Assembly (NCBI GenBank): GCA_022865315.1
Contig: JALHSR010000285.1
Location: 1,626-65,625, forward strand
Direction of reading: 5' to 3'
DNA from: Methanotrichaceae archaeon
GTDB lineage: Archaea; Halobacteriota; Methanosarcinia; Methanotrichales; Methanotrichaceae
DNA: 64,000 bases
The notes beneath the pieces are model-generated. The model was not told where the DNA came from. It did no database searches and saw only the letters and a program-made list of their open reading frames with translations. Every line of letters begins with the position of its first letter. The stretch's first letter is position 1. A program made the position numbers and the translations under genes. Positions 48,529 to 58,557 of the stretch are shown here, one piece after another.

Positions 48529-49818
48529 TTGGCAGAGATGGCGAATTCCATGACTGGCAAGACACTGTCTGAGAAGATATTTTCGAGAGCGGCAAAGAAG
48601 GAATCGAGGGCTGGTGAGTTTGTCACGGCGAGAATAGATCGGGCCATGATCCATGATATAACGGGGCCCTTGGCTGTAAAGGGTTTCTATGAAATAGCCG
48701 GCAGGAATGCTAAAGTTTGGGATCCTAGCAAAGTAGTTGTTATCTTTGATCATCAGGTACCGGCAGATAGCTTGAAGGCAGCTGAGAACCACCTTATGCT
48801 CAGAAAGTTTTCACAAGAACAGGGCATTATTAATTATGATGTATTCTGTGGCGTATGTCATCAAGTCATGCCTGAGAAAGGGCATGTCCTGCCTGGAGAG
48901 ATCATAGTCGGCACGGATTCGCATACATGTACTTATGGGGCATTCGGTGCGTTTGCCACTGGAATTGGCTCAACGGATATGGCCTCGATATTTGCTACCG
49001 GAAGGTTATGGTTTATGATTCCCAAGACGCTGCAACTTGAGATTGAAGGTAGATTGCCCAGTCTTGTCACCTCTAAAGATATAATTCTTCGAATTATAGG
49101 TGATATTGGGGCAGATGGAGCGAACTATCTGGCTTGCGAGTTTCGAGGCAAGGTCGTCTCAAGAATGGATATAGCCTCGCGTATGACAATGAGTAATATG
49201 GCTATTGAAATGGGTGCTAAAGCGGGAATTGTGGACCCAGATGATATTACCATCAAATATCTGAAGCAGCACGCTTTGGATAAGGATGCAATAGCAAAGA
49301 ATATTGAAGTTACCGATGAGGCTGCTGAGGTCACCCGCAGATTCTGGACTGTGAGCGACCTCGAGCCCCAGGTATCAATGCCGCATAATGTGGATAACGT
49401 GAGGCCAATTAGTGAGATTCCCGAAACTAGGATCAACCAGGTATTTTTGGGCTCCTGTACGAACGGTAGATTCGAAGATCTTGAACTAGCTTGTAATACA
49501 ATGAAAGGAGAGTCTGTAGCTAAAGGAGTGAGGCTAATCGTAGTACCTGCTAGTCGTGAAGAATACTTGAAAGCTCTACGAGCAGGTCTTATTGAGAAAT
49601 TCATGGAAGCTGGAGCAATTGTTGAATCCGCTTGTTGTGGACCATGCATGGGCGGAAGCTTCGGCTTATTGGGACCGGGCGAAGTTTGCCTTTCTACATC
49701 CAATAGGAACTTTGTTGGTCGCCAAGGGAGCCCTGAAGCCTTAGTCTATCTAGCATCGCCAGCAACTGCCGGAGCTAGCGCCATAACAGGATTTATCACC
49801 GATCCTAGAGAGATCTAG
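48529..49818 (+). CDS. 3-isopropylmalate / homoaconitate dehydratase large subunit (LeuC/HacA type)
   Basis: [29 protein letters not shown] and LGSCTNGR...CGPCMG are aconitase-family Fe-S ligand motifs. The 429-aa length matches the archaeal short form. Confidence 0.88.
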   Translation: MAEMANSMTGKTLSEKIFSRAAKKESRAGEFVTARIDRAMIHDITGPLAVKGFYEIAGRNAKVWDPSKVVVIFDHQVPADSLKAAENHLMLRKFSQEQGIINYDVFCGVCHQVMPEKGHVLPGEIIVGTDSHTCTYGAFGAFATGIGSTDMASIFATGRLWFMIPKTLQLEIEGRLPSLVTSKDIILRIIGDIGADGANYLACEFRGKVVSRMDIASRMTMSNMAIEMGAKAGIVDPDDITIKYLKQHALDKDAIAKNIEVTDEAAEVTRRFWTVSDLEPQVSMPHNVDNVRPISEIPETRINQVFLGSCTNGRFEDLELACNTMKGESVAKGVRLIVVPASREEYLKALRAGLIEKFMEAGAIVESACCGPCMGGSFGLLGPGEVCLSTSNRNFVGRQGSPEALVYLASPATAGASAITGFITDPREI

Positions 49819-49838
49819 ATCCTGTTTCATACATTTCC

Positions 49839-50636
49839 ATGAAGGTTGCGCTAAAGCTCGCTTACCTGGGCGACAAATACTACGGATTCCAGCATCAACC
49901 TAATCTTATCACGGTGGAATCTGAACTCCGTAAAGCTTTGCATCGAATCGGCGTCATAAACGGCGATTTTTGTTATGCGGGGCGCACGGATAGGGGAGTA
50001 AGCGCTTTGGGTCAAGTTATTGACTTCTGGATAGACGATGATAAGGCTCATTTGGCAATACCAAGGTGCATCAATGGTCGTCTTCCTCGTGACATTTGGG
50101 CTTGGGCATATGCCATTGTTCCAGTCGGATTCAGTGCCCGCTGGAATGCGTTATGGCGGGAATATCGTTATATCCTGTGGAATAATGGTCTAGATTTGGA
50201 TCGAATGCGAGAAGCCGCAGAATTTTTGAAAGGTGAGCACGACTTTCGGAACTTCTCATCCTGCAAGAATGATACTATTCGCAATATCCTAAAATTGGAG
50301 ATATCCACGAATAATGGGCTAATTGTTTTTGATATTAGAGCAGATGGGTTTTTGTGGAGTATGGTTCGCAAGATAGTATGCGCTTTGGAGTTGGTTGGTT
50401 CTGTGGATCGGGATCCAAATTGGATTCATGACTTGCTTGATCCAACATTGAACAAAGGTTCTCCAACGGCTCTTGCAGAGGGTCTTATACTAATGGATGT
50501 AGGTTACGATGCTCTCGAGTGGATAATGGACGATTACTCCCGAAAACGAGCAATAAATAATCTAGATGCAATAGTAAAAAGGCGTATGTCGTCAGCCAAT
50601 GTGGCGGAGTCGCTGCGAATGGCAATGAAAAAATAG
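49839..50636 (+). CDS. truA: tRNA pseudouridine(38-40) synthase
   Basis: MKVALKLAYLGDKYYGFQ start and catalytic Asp in AGRTDRGVSALGQV. Confidence 0.9.
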   Translation: MKVALKLAYLGDKYYGFQHQPNLITVESELRKALHRIGVINGDFCYAGRTDRGVSALGQVIDFWIDDDKAHLAIPRCINGRLPRDIWAWAYAIVPVGFSARWNALWREYRYILWNNGLDLDRMREAAEFLKGEHDFRNFSSCKNDTIRNILKLEISTNNGLIVFDIRADGFLWSMVRKIVCALELVGSVDRDPNWIHDLLDPTLNKGSPTALAEGLILMDVGYDALEWIMDDYSRKRAINNLDAIVKRRMSSANVAESLRMAMKK

Positions 50637-50814
50637 CTACATTATATTATATTAAATTCAAGAAGAAAAATTATTCAGATTTCGATCTTCACAGCCATCT
50701 CGTTGAGGCGCTAATAAACACATTTTATGTAGCATATTTCGCATTTGGAGTTGTTTGTGCAAATATTTGCATCTCACCAACTGACGTATCAATTCTAATT
50801 AAACTCTCAATTTA

Positions 50815-50830
50815 TTTTTTTTTTAAAAAA
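50815..50830. terminator. Bidirectional oligo-T terminator (T10 on plus, T6 on minus) between convergent truA and tfb
   Basis: T10 at 50815-50824 is followed by A6 at 50825-50830, directly abutting the tfb stop codon at 50831-50833. Confidence 0.5.
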
Positions 50831-51844
50831 TTATAAAATTATCTCTATATCTAATTCCTCTGCTAGCTCTTTATATCTGTTCCTAATAGTAACCTCAGTT
50901 ACTCCTGCAACATCCGCTACTTCACGTTGCGTTCTCCGGTCATTGCAAAGGATAGAAGCAATATAGATGGCTGCGGCTGCCACTCCAGTAGGACCTCGCC
51001 CGCTAGTAAGCTCTTTTTCGGCAGCCTGGCGAAGAATCTCGATGCCTTTGGCCTGCACATCACCCTTAAGACTGAGGCCAGAGCAGAATCTGGGAATGTA
51101 ATCGATGGGACTGGTCGGCATTAGTTTGAGAGATAGTTCTCTAGATACAAACCTATAGGTTCGTCCGATCTCTTTTCGTGATACTCTAGAAACTTCAGCT
51201 ATTTCATCAAGGGTACGCGGGACATTGCATTGCCGACAGGCTGCATAAAGTGCCGCTGCTGCTACACCTTCTATGCTTCGGCCTCGAATTAGATTTTTAT
51301 CTACTGCCTTGCGATAAACCACAGCAGCAGTCTCTCGCACATTTCTAGATAGACCCAATGCCGATGCCATTCTATCCAATTCTGAAAGTGCGAAGGCTAG
51401 ATTTCGTTCAGTTGCATTGCTTACACGAATCCGCCTCTGCCACTTTCTAAGCCTATAAAGCTGAGCTCTATTCTTGGAGGATATAGTCTTTCCATAGGAG
51501 TCCCGGTTCCTCCAATCGATCATTGTGGAGAGTCCTTTATCGTGGATCGTGTAGGTCATGGGAGCACCTACTCTTGATCTCTTCATTCGCTGATCATGGT
51601 CAAAGGCCCTCCATTCAGGCCCCTGGTCAATGAAGTTCTCGTCGATGACCAAACCGCATTCAGCGCAAACTAGCTCTGCTCGTTCATAATCTCTAACGAG
51701 AGTATGGCTTTCGCATTCAGGACATTCGACAGTGAATTTTTCGAACTCATCCACCTTTTCCTTTTCGCGTTTAAGCCGAATCTTCTCCTTTATCTTCTCC
51801 TGCTCGGTCCTCTCTATCTCGCGAATCCTCTCTATTTCTTCCAC
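50831..51844 (-). CDS. tfb: Transcription initiation factor IIB (TFB)
   Basis: Zn ribbon CPECES...CAECG, a B-reader/linker and two cyclin repeats ([14 protein letters not shown]; [10 protein letters not shown]; [11 protein letters not shown]). The K/E-rich N-terminal extension of about 35-40 aa is unusual; GTG at Val31 is an alternative start. Confidence 0.93.
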   Translation of the reverse strand: MEEIERIREIERTEQEKIKEKIRLKREKEKVDEFEKFTVECPECESHTLVRDYERAELVCAECGLVIDENFIDQGPEWRAFDHDQRMKRSRVGAPMTYTIHDKGLSTMIDWRNRDSYGKTISSKNRAQLYRLRKWQRRIRVSNATERNLAFALSELDRMASALGLSRNVRETAAVVYRKAVDKNLIRGRSIEGVAAAALYAACRQCNVPRTLDEIAEVSRVSRKEIGRTYRFVSRELSLKLMPTSPIDYIPRFCSGLSLKGDVQAKGIEILRQAAEKELTSGRGPTGVAAAAIYIASILCNDRRTQREVADVAGVTEVTIRNRYKELAEELDIEIIL

Positions 51845-52119
51845 TTATTATCTCTCCTCGACGTATCCTCGATGTAGAGATTTTTTCCGATGAAAATCGT
51901 GGCATCTATGCCTTTTTTCGGCTTAACAATGATGTATGGGTGCTTTAATGGTCCAAAAATATCAAAAACCTGGCCAACCCCTTTTCTATTTTGGTCGATA
52001 ACTATAACATTATTTCTTGGAGAAACCCAACATTCACTTTTTTCCACAGGCTCGCCACGTACAATTATCCTATTCTGAACAACATGAAGTGCGTTACCCA
52101 GCCTTTTCAATTGATTCAA
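51832..52119 (-). CDS. gar1: H/ACA RNP component Gar1
   Basis: [17 protein letters not shown]...[28 protein letters not shown] fits the Gar1 beta-barrel. The gar1-tfb arrangement is common in Euryarchaeota. TTG start (uncertain) and a 13-nt overlap with tfb. Confidence 0.8.
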   Translation of the reverse strand: MNQLKRLGNALHVVQNRIIVRGEPVEKSECWVSPRNNVIVIDQNRKGVGQVFDIFGPLKHPYIIVKPKKGIDATIFIGKNLYIEDTSRRDNKWKK

Positions 52120-52222
52120 CCCTTTAAGTGGGGAGTAACTTATATTTAAACTTTACGAAATCATTATATGTAATATCTCTTCAAGGGAAACCTAAAAGTC
52201 CAGGCGCATTTACTTTATCGGT

Positions 52223-53122
52223 ATGTTTGAAGAGCTGCCATCAGTTCCCAAGTCGCAGGAGCTTCTCGATAAAGCCTTTCGACGTGCCTCTCGATACGCC
52301 AAAAATGATAGATCCTCTGTCATGGTAGCCGGGAATATTCTCTCAGATAACTTGGCAAATCTGATTAGGAAGTTCCCATCCTTAGAAAACCTTCCCCCCT
52401 TCTATAGAGATATTGTGGACATAATTGTAGGCATTGATATCCTGCGTATCAAACTTTCTAGGCTAAATTGGGCATCAAGGCAAATAAGAGAGATCACTCG
52501 GGTTTCCCTAAATGATATGAAGCGTCAGGGCGAAAATTCCATTTACAAGAGAGCTGCCTTCGGTCGAATGTCCTCAGTTATCGGATCGATTAAAAAGGAC
52601 TTGGAATTTTTGAATGAAGCCCGCGAAAAATTGCGGTGGATTCCTGCTATCGATCCTGAACTGCCCACAATCTTAATTGCGGGTTATCCTAATGTTGGCA
52701 AGTCGAGTTTCATCCTGCAAGTGACTGATGCAAAACCAGAGGTTGCAACCTATCCTTTCACAACAAAAAGTATTCAAGTTGGCCATTTCATCCAAAATCA
52801 CCAAAAATATCAAGTAGTAGATACTCCTGGTCTACTCGATAGACCTTTTGAGGACAGAAATGAGATAGAGCGCCAAGCTATTGCGGCTCTTCAACATTTA
52901 AAAGGTGTGGTACTTTTCATTATAGATCCCAGCGGGCATTCGGGTTTCCCACTGGAGCCACAGCTACGACTAGTTGAGTGCATTGATAATTTTATTGAGC
53001 TTCCCGTCTTAGTTGTGTCAAATAAATCGGATTTGGCAACTTACCGAAATGGCATCAGCATGTCCACTTTGACTGGAGAAGGTGTCTATGAGGTTCTGGG
53101 GCAACTAACGGCTCTTCTTTGA
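52223..53122 (+). CDS. NOG1-like GTP-binding protein
   Basis: P-loop GYPNVGKSSF, then DTPGLLDRP and NKSD. The N-terminal helical NOGCT-like segment begins MFEELPSVPKSQELLDKAFRRA. Confidence 0.85.
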   Translation: MFEELPSVPKSQELLDKAFRRASRYAKNDRSSVMVAGNILSDNLANLIRKFPSLENLPPFYRDIVDIIVGIDILRIKLSRLNWASRQIREITRVSLNDMKRQGENSIYKRAAFGRMSSVIGSIKKDLEFLNEAREKLRWIPAIDPELPTILIAGYPNVGKSSFILQVTDAKPEVATYPFTTKSIQVGHFIQNHQKYQVVDTPGLLDRPFEDRNEIERQAIAALQHLKGVVLFIIDPSGHSGFPLEPQLRLVECIDNFIELPVLVVSNKSDLATYRNGISMSTLTGEGVYEVLGQLTALL

Positions 53123-53123
53123 T

Positions 53124-53525
53124 CTAGGCGGACTGTTTGATCATATATCTTACAAGCTCTGGAGAAAGCCTTGTCTCTTTCGAAATAGTGCTGGCAATTT
53201 CTATTGTCTCGGCACCATTTTCCTGAAGCTGCTTGATCCTATTCAAGACTCCTTCGTTTACCATGTAATATTCGTTTATATCCTTTCGATGACCCCAGAC
53301 GTCTCCTTCGATAAGCTCTACACCCTGCATATCTAGGAACATTTCACTCGCTCTTGATAGAGTTTTGCGATAAGAGGCTGGAACCTGAATTGCCCTGAGC
53401 CTTGGACAATTCTGAAATAACCTAAAAATGTCGGTGTTGGAAGCCCTAAATGCTAAATGAACCATTTGTTCATTTTTGCTAACCTCACCAATCTCACTTT
53501 TTGAACTTACAACTCTAAGTTTCAA
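53124..53525 (-). CDS. Conserved archaeal hypothetical protein, DUF1699-like
   Basis: KLRVVSSKSEI...VHLAFRASNTDIF...CPRLRAIQVPASYRKTLS...MQGVELIEGDVWGHRKDINEY matches my recollection of the highly conserved DUF1699 family. Its stop lies 1 nt from the convergent NOG1 stop. Confidence 0.6.
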   Translation of the reverse strand: MKLRVVSSKSEIGEVSKNEQMVHLAFRASNTDIFRLFQNCPRLRAIQVPASYRKTLSRASEMFLDMQGVELIEGDVWGHRKDINEYYMVNEGVLNRIKQLQENGAETIEIASTISKETRLSPELVRYMIKQSA

Positions 53526-53855
53526 TTTCGGTCACCACTCTTTTAAGTCTCACTGACTACAAATTTTGGTTATTAGCTTTCTAGCTTATATGTTCTGTGG
53601 TGTTCAGGCAATATTGCTATAATCGAGCAATAATATCAAAAACTTGTATAAGACATAAAATTTGTCTTTTAATAAATATTTTATCTTTAATCCATTTAGC
53701 TTTGATCCTTTTTAGATTTGTTCGTTAATTAATTTTTTGAATTTGCTGCTTCAATCTTTGTACTAAAAATTCTCACTTGCCATTTCCTAAGCTTCTAGAC
53801 TTCGAACACATGAGTTCTATCATATTTAATTAATATTACACATATTATCTTTTAA

Positions 53856-54461
53856 TTAAAAAATATATTTAGCCGCATTATATTTATTAGACTTTTGTTT
53901 CGCGATCTGTATCTTTATCACATAAAGTTCCTCGAAAAAATATCTTGCTCTAGCCATCTCGCTGATTTCTAAGCCTTCAACTATAGCTTTTTCTTTCACT
54001 TCGGCCATGCCGCTTAGGCTCGAAATCAACAGCAACGATCTGCCTTTTGGAGAAAGATTTTCATTGATCTGCTCTAGGAACCGGAAGATGGTCTCTCTCC
54101 CGTTCTCTCCACCATCAAGAGCCTGGTTTATCCATTTTCTGGACTTTTCTTCTGGTGCAGTAGGTAAATAGGGGGGATTGAAGATTATTAAGTCAAATTT
54201 AGCTTTAAATCCTCTCAAAAGGTCAGCCATTACAGTAGGGATGTTGTAATGTTTCGCAATTCTCAATGCAGAGGGATTGATGTCGGTGGCTATGATGCAT
54301 TTTACTTTATCGGCAATCTCTCGTGAAATGAGCGCTCTCCCACATCCAATTTCGATTGCTTTATCACAGGATTTTGCCTCTTTAAGTGTAACCTTAAGCA
54401 ATAGGAATGTGTCTTCAGCAGGTTTATAGACTTCTTCTTCTGATTTCGATTCTTGTTCCAT
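53856..54461 (-). CDS. HemK-related / Mtq2-like SAM-dependent methyltransferase (NPPY class)
   Basis: VYKPAEDTFLL, motif I IEIGCGRA and catalytic IIFNPPYLP. The size (201 aa) is typical of archaeal HemK-related putative release-factor glutamine methylases. Confidence 0.8.
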   Translation of the reverse strand: MEQESKSEEEVYKPAEDTFLLLKVTLKEAKSCDKAIEIGCGRALISREIADKVKCIIATDINPSALRIAKHYNIPTVMADLLRGFKAKFDLIIFNPPYLPTAPEEKSRKWINQALDGGENGRETIFRFLEQINENLSPKGRSLLLISSLSGMAEVKEKAIVEGLEISEMARARYFFEELYVIKIQIAKQKSNKYNAAKYIF

Positions 54462-54466
54462 TATTT

Positions 54467-55273
54467 CTAGTTATTATTGAGCTGATTCTGAGTTAATCTT
54501 TCTCGATACAGATCCTCAACAAATGAGCATATATCACCTAGGATTAACGGATCATTTAACCAAATCCCTGCTTCATAATTATCCTCCATACCTCCCTTTG
54601 TCAGATTGGCCGAGGTAATTATGGCCTCTTTCCTATCTACAATGTAAAGCTTGGCATGAAGTTGCTTTACTAGCACTGTTTCTCCCCCCAAATCACTTAT
54701 TTCTCTCCTTAAATCGTCACCTATACCTGTGGAGAAATCTGATTCACACCCCCTCATGAAAACCTTCAATGTGCCTCCGCTTCTAATGAATTTATTCAGT
54801 ATACCTTTTAGCCCATCCCATGTTTGCCTTTTTATCCAAGGAGAGACTATGAGAATTTCATATTCAGCTTTTTTCAACAATTGATTCAATTTCTTCTCAA
54901 TTCCTAGTAATCTTGTTGGATTGAATGTCGTCAGGAAGATAAAATTGGATTCTGTGCGAGATGCTTCTATAAAATTCTCCAATTGTTCTAACCTCTTGAG
55001 AGAAAAGTAATCTTGGGCGGTTTTAATCGACTTTAGCTCTTCTTCAAGCGCTTCAGATCTCCTCTTATATTTTAACAGTATGGTGGAATTTCGCTCTAAC
55101 CTGTCAATTTCCTTTTTATGATCATGCAGATCTGCTCGTAGATTTAAAATAATTGTGTTAAGATTGATATTTTCTTTTTGCAGCCGTTTATACCGATCAT
55201 CTTTCAACTGAATAAATGTCATCCCTATTATGACCAGCGATAAAAAGGCTAATCCAGCAAGATAATCGCTCAT
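54467..55273 (-). CDS. Membrane-anchored coiled-coil protein with a single PLD-family HKD domain
   Basis: ATG 55273 gives MSDYLAGLAFLSLVIIGMTFIQL (TM helix). Heptad-like charged segments follow for about 90 aa. The complete HKD motif is LHAKLYIVDRKEAIITSANLTKGG (HxKxxxxDx6TSxN). Confidence 0.75.
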   Translation of the reverse strand: MSDYLAGLAFLSLVIIGMTFIQLKDDRYKRLQKENINLNTIILNLRADLHDHKKEIDRLERNSTILLKYKRRSEALEEELKSIKTAQDYFSLKRLEQLENFIEASRTESNFIFLTTFNPTRLLGIEKKLNQLLKKAEYEILIVSPWIKRQTWDGLKGILNKFIRSGGTLKVFMRGCESDFSTGIGDDLRREISDLGGETVLVKQLHAKLYIVDRKEAIITSANLTKGGMEDNYEAGIWLNDPLILGDICSFVEDLYRERLTQNQLNNN

Positions 55274-55386
55274 CAATAAACGATTTGATAACAAATATAT
55301 ATAGATAACGTAATGAATATGCTATTATATATAGTATCATTATTGAATCCCAGAAAAATAAAGTAATGTATGGGGGATTGAGCTAT

Positions 55387-57054
55387 CTAGAACATACCTG
55401 GCATGCCCATACCGCCCATGCCACCCATGCCCATGCCGGGCATACCGCCCATCCTGCCACCACCAATTCCTTCATCTTCTTTCTTCTTTGTGGAAGCCAG
55501 GACATCATCCACTTTGAGGATAAGTGTTGCCGCATCTGCAGCTGATAATATAGCCTGCAACTTTACACGTATGGGTTCCACAACACCCAATTTGTACATG
55601 TCCTCAATATGGCCTGAGTAGGCGTTCAAACCTGCATTCTTTTCTTTCTCATGTGCGCTTTTCAGCTCGACAAGTTTGTCTATTGGATTAAAGCCTGCAT
55701 TTTCTGCAAGCGTCTTTGGTATGATTTCGATCGCCTCGGCATATTTAAAGACCGCTAACTGTTCCCGTCCTTTGAGCTTAGAAGCAAACTCACGGAGCCT
55801 AATAGATATCTCAATTTCTGTTGCCCCTCCTCCAGGAACAATCTTGCCATCTTCAACTACATCGGTCACTGCATGCATAGCATCGTCAAGACTTCTCTCC
55901 AAATCGTCTAGGACCTGTTGGGTGCCGCCTCTTAGCAACAAAGTCACCGCTGGGTTCTTAGTTCCAGTGACGAAGGTCAAAACTCCTTTACCAATTCTTT
56001 TTTCTTCCACAACATCGGCTGTACCCAGATCGGTGGGTGTAAGTTCATCTAAGCTAGTTATGATTTCTGCTCCGGTGGCTTTAGCGAGCTTCTCCAAGTC
56101 GCTTTTGATAACCCGGCGAAGGGCAAGAATACCTGCATCTGCTAAATAATGCTGAGCAAGGTCGTCAATACCCTTTTGGCAGAAGACAACGTTAGCCCCA
56201 CTGGCAATGACCTTATCGGCTACGGCTTTTATGGTTTGTTTCTCGTGCTCCATGAAAAGTTCGATTTGATCGGAACTGGTAATTTTATATTCAGCCTTCG
56301 TTTCTGTATCCTTTGCCTCGATGGGTGCGCTTAGTAGAGCGATCTTGGCTTTCTCAATCCTGCGAGGCATATTGCTGTGCACTATCTCCTTATCAATAAC
56401 TATTCCCTGGATCATCTCGGAGTCCTGAACGCTTTCGCCGACTTTCTTCTCAACATTGGCCTTATCTAAATCCACGACTTTTTTGCCATTAAATATCTCC
56501 ATTGCATTGAGTACAAGATCTACTGCATATGCTGCGATCCTGCTGTCAGGAGATTCGGCCATCTTTCCGGTTATAGCGGTTCTGGATACCATCTCAAGGA
56601 TGTTCCTGTTTTTCTCCGAGGCATCCATAGAAATAGACTTGAGAATTTCGATGGCCTTTTCTGATGCAATCCTGTAACCGTTGACTATGACTGTAGGGTG
56701 AACATTCTGAGAAATCAAGTCCTCGGCTTTCTTTAGCAGCTCCCCCGTTAATATCGCAACTGTAGTTGTACCATCTCCAGCTTCCTTATCTTGAGTTTTG
56801 GCAGCTTCGATAAGCATCTTAGCCGCAGGATGTTGAACATCCATTTCCTTCAATATGGTTGCACCATCGTTACTTATCGTTACTTCGCCAATGGAGTCCA
56901 CGAGTAGCTTATCCATGCCTTTCGGGCCCAATGTGCTTCGAACAGCATTGGCTACAGCACGAGCGGCCATGATATTGTTGGAAATGGCCTCCCTTCCTGT
57001 ATCCCTTCGCGTATCCTTCAAAATGATTATCGGCATACCGCCTAATCCTGCCAT
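55387..57054 (-). CDS. ths: Thermosome (group II chaperonin) subunit
   Basis: [18 protein letters not shown], the apical/helical-protrusion region and the C-terminal GGM-rich tail. Start ATG 57054 ([14 protein letters not shown]) has GGAGGA 9 nt upstream. The listed start at 57156 adds 34 non-conserved residues. Confidence 0.95.
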   Translation of the reverse strand: MAGLGGMPIIILKDTRRDTGREAISNNIMAARAVANAVRSTLGPKGMDKLLVDSIGEVTISNDGATILKEMDVQHPAAKMLIEAAKTQDKEAGDGTTTVAILTGELLKKAEDLISQNVHPTVIVNGYRIASEKAIEILKSISMDASEKNRNILEMVSRTAITGKMAESPDSRIAAYAVDLVLNAMEIFNGKKVVDLDKANVEKKVGESVQDSEMIQGIVIDKEIVHSNMPRRIEKAKIALLSAPIEAKDTETKAEYKITSSDQIELFMEHEKQTIKAVADKVIASGANVVFCQKGIDDLAQHYLADAGILALRRVIKSDLEKLAKATGAEIITSLDELTPTDLGTADVVEEKRIGKGVLTFVTGTKNPAVTLLLRGGTQQVLDDLERSLDDAMHAVTDVVEDGKIVPGGGATEIEISIRLREFASKLKGREQLAVFKYAEAIEIIPKTLAENAGFNPIDKLVELKSAHEKEKNAGLNAYSGHIEDMYKLGVVEPIRVKLQAILSAADAATLILKVDDVLASTKKKEDEGIGGGRMGGMPGMGMGGMGGMGMPGMF

Positions 57055-57101
57055 AAGCTTGATCCTCCTCTGAATTCTCAGGTTCACAGTATTTGGTCTT
57101 C

Positions 57102-57108
57102 TATAAAA
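57102..57108 (-). promoter_or_regulatory. TATA box of the thermosome promoter
   Basis: The minus strand reads GGAAACC-TTTTATA-GAAG about 45 nt upstream of ATG 57054, with a purine-rich BRE-like stretch on its 5' side. Confidence 0.5.
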
Positions 57109-57159
57109 GGTTTCCGCTGACCATAATATGCATTGCCTTTCCAAAAATTTGAGCAAACG

Positions 57160-57948
57160 ATGTTTTATCTATTGAAATCAAATGCATTATGGATGGACGA
57201 TAATGTAACAGCGAGGTTTTGGGAGATAGATTTTTTGCGTGGACTTGCTGTTTTCATGATGGTATCATTTCATGTGATATTCGATCTTGACTATTTTGGA
57301 ATTCACAGCTTTAATTTAGACACTGGTTTTTGGTTCTATTTTTCAAGGTTGACTGCATCAATTTTTATTTTATTGGTTGGAATATCTCTGGTTCTTAGCT
57401 ATTTTAAGGCTTGTAAACTTGGTACTGATAAGGGATTTGTGTTCAAACTTCTTGCAAGAGGATCAAAGATTTTCTTCCTCGGGCTGATCATAACTCTAAT
57501 TACTTATCTTTTCATTGGAAATGGCTTTATTGTCTTCGGCGCATTGCATTTCATTGGGATATCTATTATCATTTCTTACCTTTTTTTACGTTTTTATATT
57601 TTTAATCTAATATTAGGTTTAGTTATAGTTTCAATAGGATTAAACATGCAGGAACATGCATTTGATTTTCCCTGGTTATTCTGGTCGGGATTATCATTTA
57701 ATCGCTTCTACACTCTGGATTTCTTTCCACTTTTTCCATGGTTCGGTGTAGTGCTAATTGGCATTTTTCTAGGTACTTATTTTTATGATAGCTATGAAAG
57801 AAGGTTTAGGGTGCCTGAATTGTCAGGCCTATTGCCGATTAGGTCATTGCAGATTTTGGGAAAAAACTCTCTATTGATATACCTAGTCCATCAGCCCATT
57901 ATTATTGCTGTTATCTACCCGATTGGCAATTGGGGAAATCTATGTTAA
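57160..57948 (+). CDS. DUF1624 / heparan-alpha-glucosaminide N-acetyltransferase-like polytopic membrane protein
   Basis: RFWEIDFLRGLAVFMMVSFHVIFDL is the family N-terminal signature, and about 8 hydrophobic helices follow. The start at ATG 57160 is uncertain. Confidence 0.65.
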   Translation: MFYLLKSNALWMDDNVTARFWEIDFLRGLAVFMMVSFHVIFDLDYFGIHSFNLDTGFWFYFSRLTASIFILLVGISLVLSYFKACKLGTDKGFVFKLLARGSKIFFLGLIITLITYLFIGNGFIVFGALHFIGISIIISYLFLRFYIFNLILGLVIVSIGLNMQEHAFDFPWLFWSGLSFNRFYTLDFFPLFPWFGVVLIGIFLGTYFYDSYERRFRVPELSGLLPIRSLQILGKNSLLIYLVHQPIIIAVIYPIGNWGNLC

Positions 57949-58131
57949 GGACGATATTGAATTAAGATTTCTATCCATGCTGAAGCGAGTTGAGAGAACT
58001 CATCGAATAACCATTAATTAATTTTCTGGACAATAAATATTTATAATAATTATGTTTTGTAGCTCTTTCCTGTCCGTTCTAAGTGCTTAATAGACGCTAA
58101 AATGCAATATAGGAAATTCATTCTTTTCATC

Positions 58132-58557
58132 TTAATATGGAGAGATTAAGTCAGTATGGCAAAGCCTGATGACACAGAGCTGGTTGACATTCTTAGATAT
58201 TTCGGATTTTGTTTGTTCAAGGAACGTTAGTAGTCTAGAGCTATTCTCTAGCTTTCCAGAAGTATTTTGATTGGACAATTTTGAAGATTCTATCTTATCC
58301 ATTCGTAGCCCTGGCATTGGTCTATATATGCTACACATCTCGGGGTAAGTTTGTACCGTCCAATCATCTCGCACCAATAGCATTGCGCGCTCTAAAAGCG
58401 CCAGATGCTCATTAAGCTCATGCTCTTGCAGCTCAAGCTCATTCCGAAGCTCTTCCTTTATCTTAAGATCTAAATCTATTAGCTCCAAAATCTTTATCCT
58501 TATTCCGTCCTTAAGGGCGATCTTCTCAAGATCGCTGATTTGGCTGGCTCGGACCAC
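58132..58557 (-). CDS. Hypothetical protein, possible winged-helix (ArsR-like) regulator
   Basis: IRIKILELI...EELRNELELQEHELNEHLALLERAMLL loosely fits an HTH plus wing pattern. No strong family signature was recognised. Confidence 0.35.
   Translation of the reverse strand: MVRASQISDLEKIALKDGIRIKILELIDLDLKIKEELRNELELQEHELNEHLALLERAMLLVRDDWTVQTYPEMCSIYRPMPGLRMDKIESSKLSNQNTSGKLENSSRLLTFLEQTKSEISKNVNQLCVIRLCHTDLISPY

Noticed and set aside
55387-55450. Short-period repeat (CATGCC/CATACC units) at the 3' end of the thermosome gene
   Set aside because: It encodes the well-known GGM-rich C-terminal tail of group II chaperonins. It is not a CRISPR array or a satellite.
57055-57156. N-terminal 34-codon extension of the thermosome ORF. 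Analogous long starts are listed for the ORFs at 10700, 44460, 45166, 58912 and 55294.
   Set aside because: The extensions are non-conserved or low-complexity. They overlap neighbouring genes or promoters, and internal ATGs with Shine-Dalgarno or TATA support match the family N-termini.
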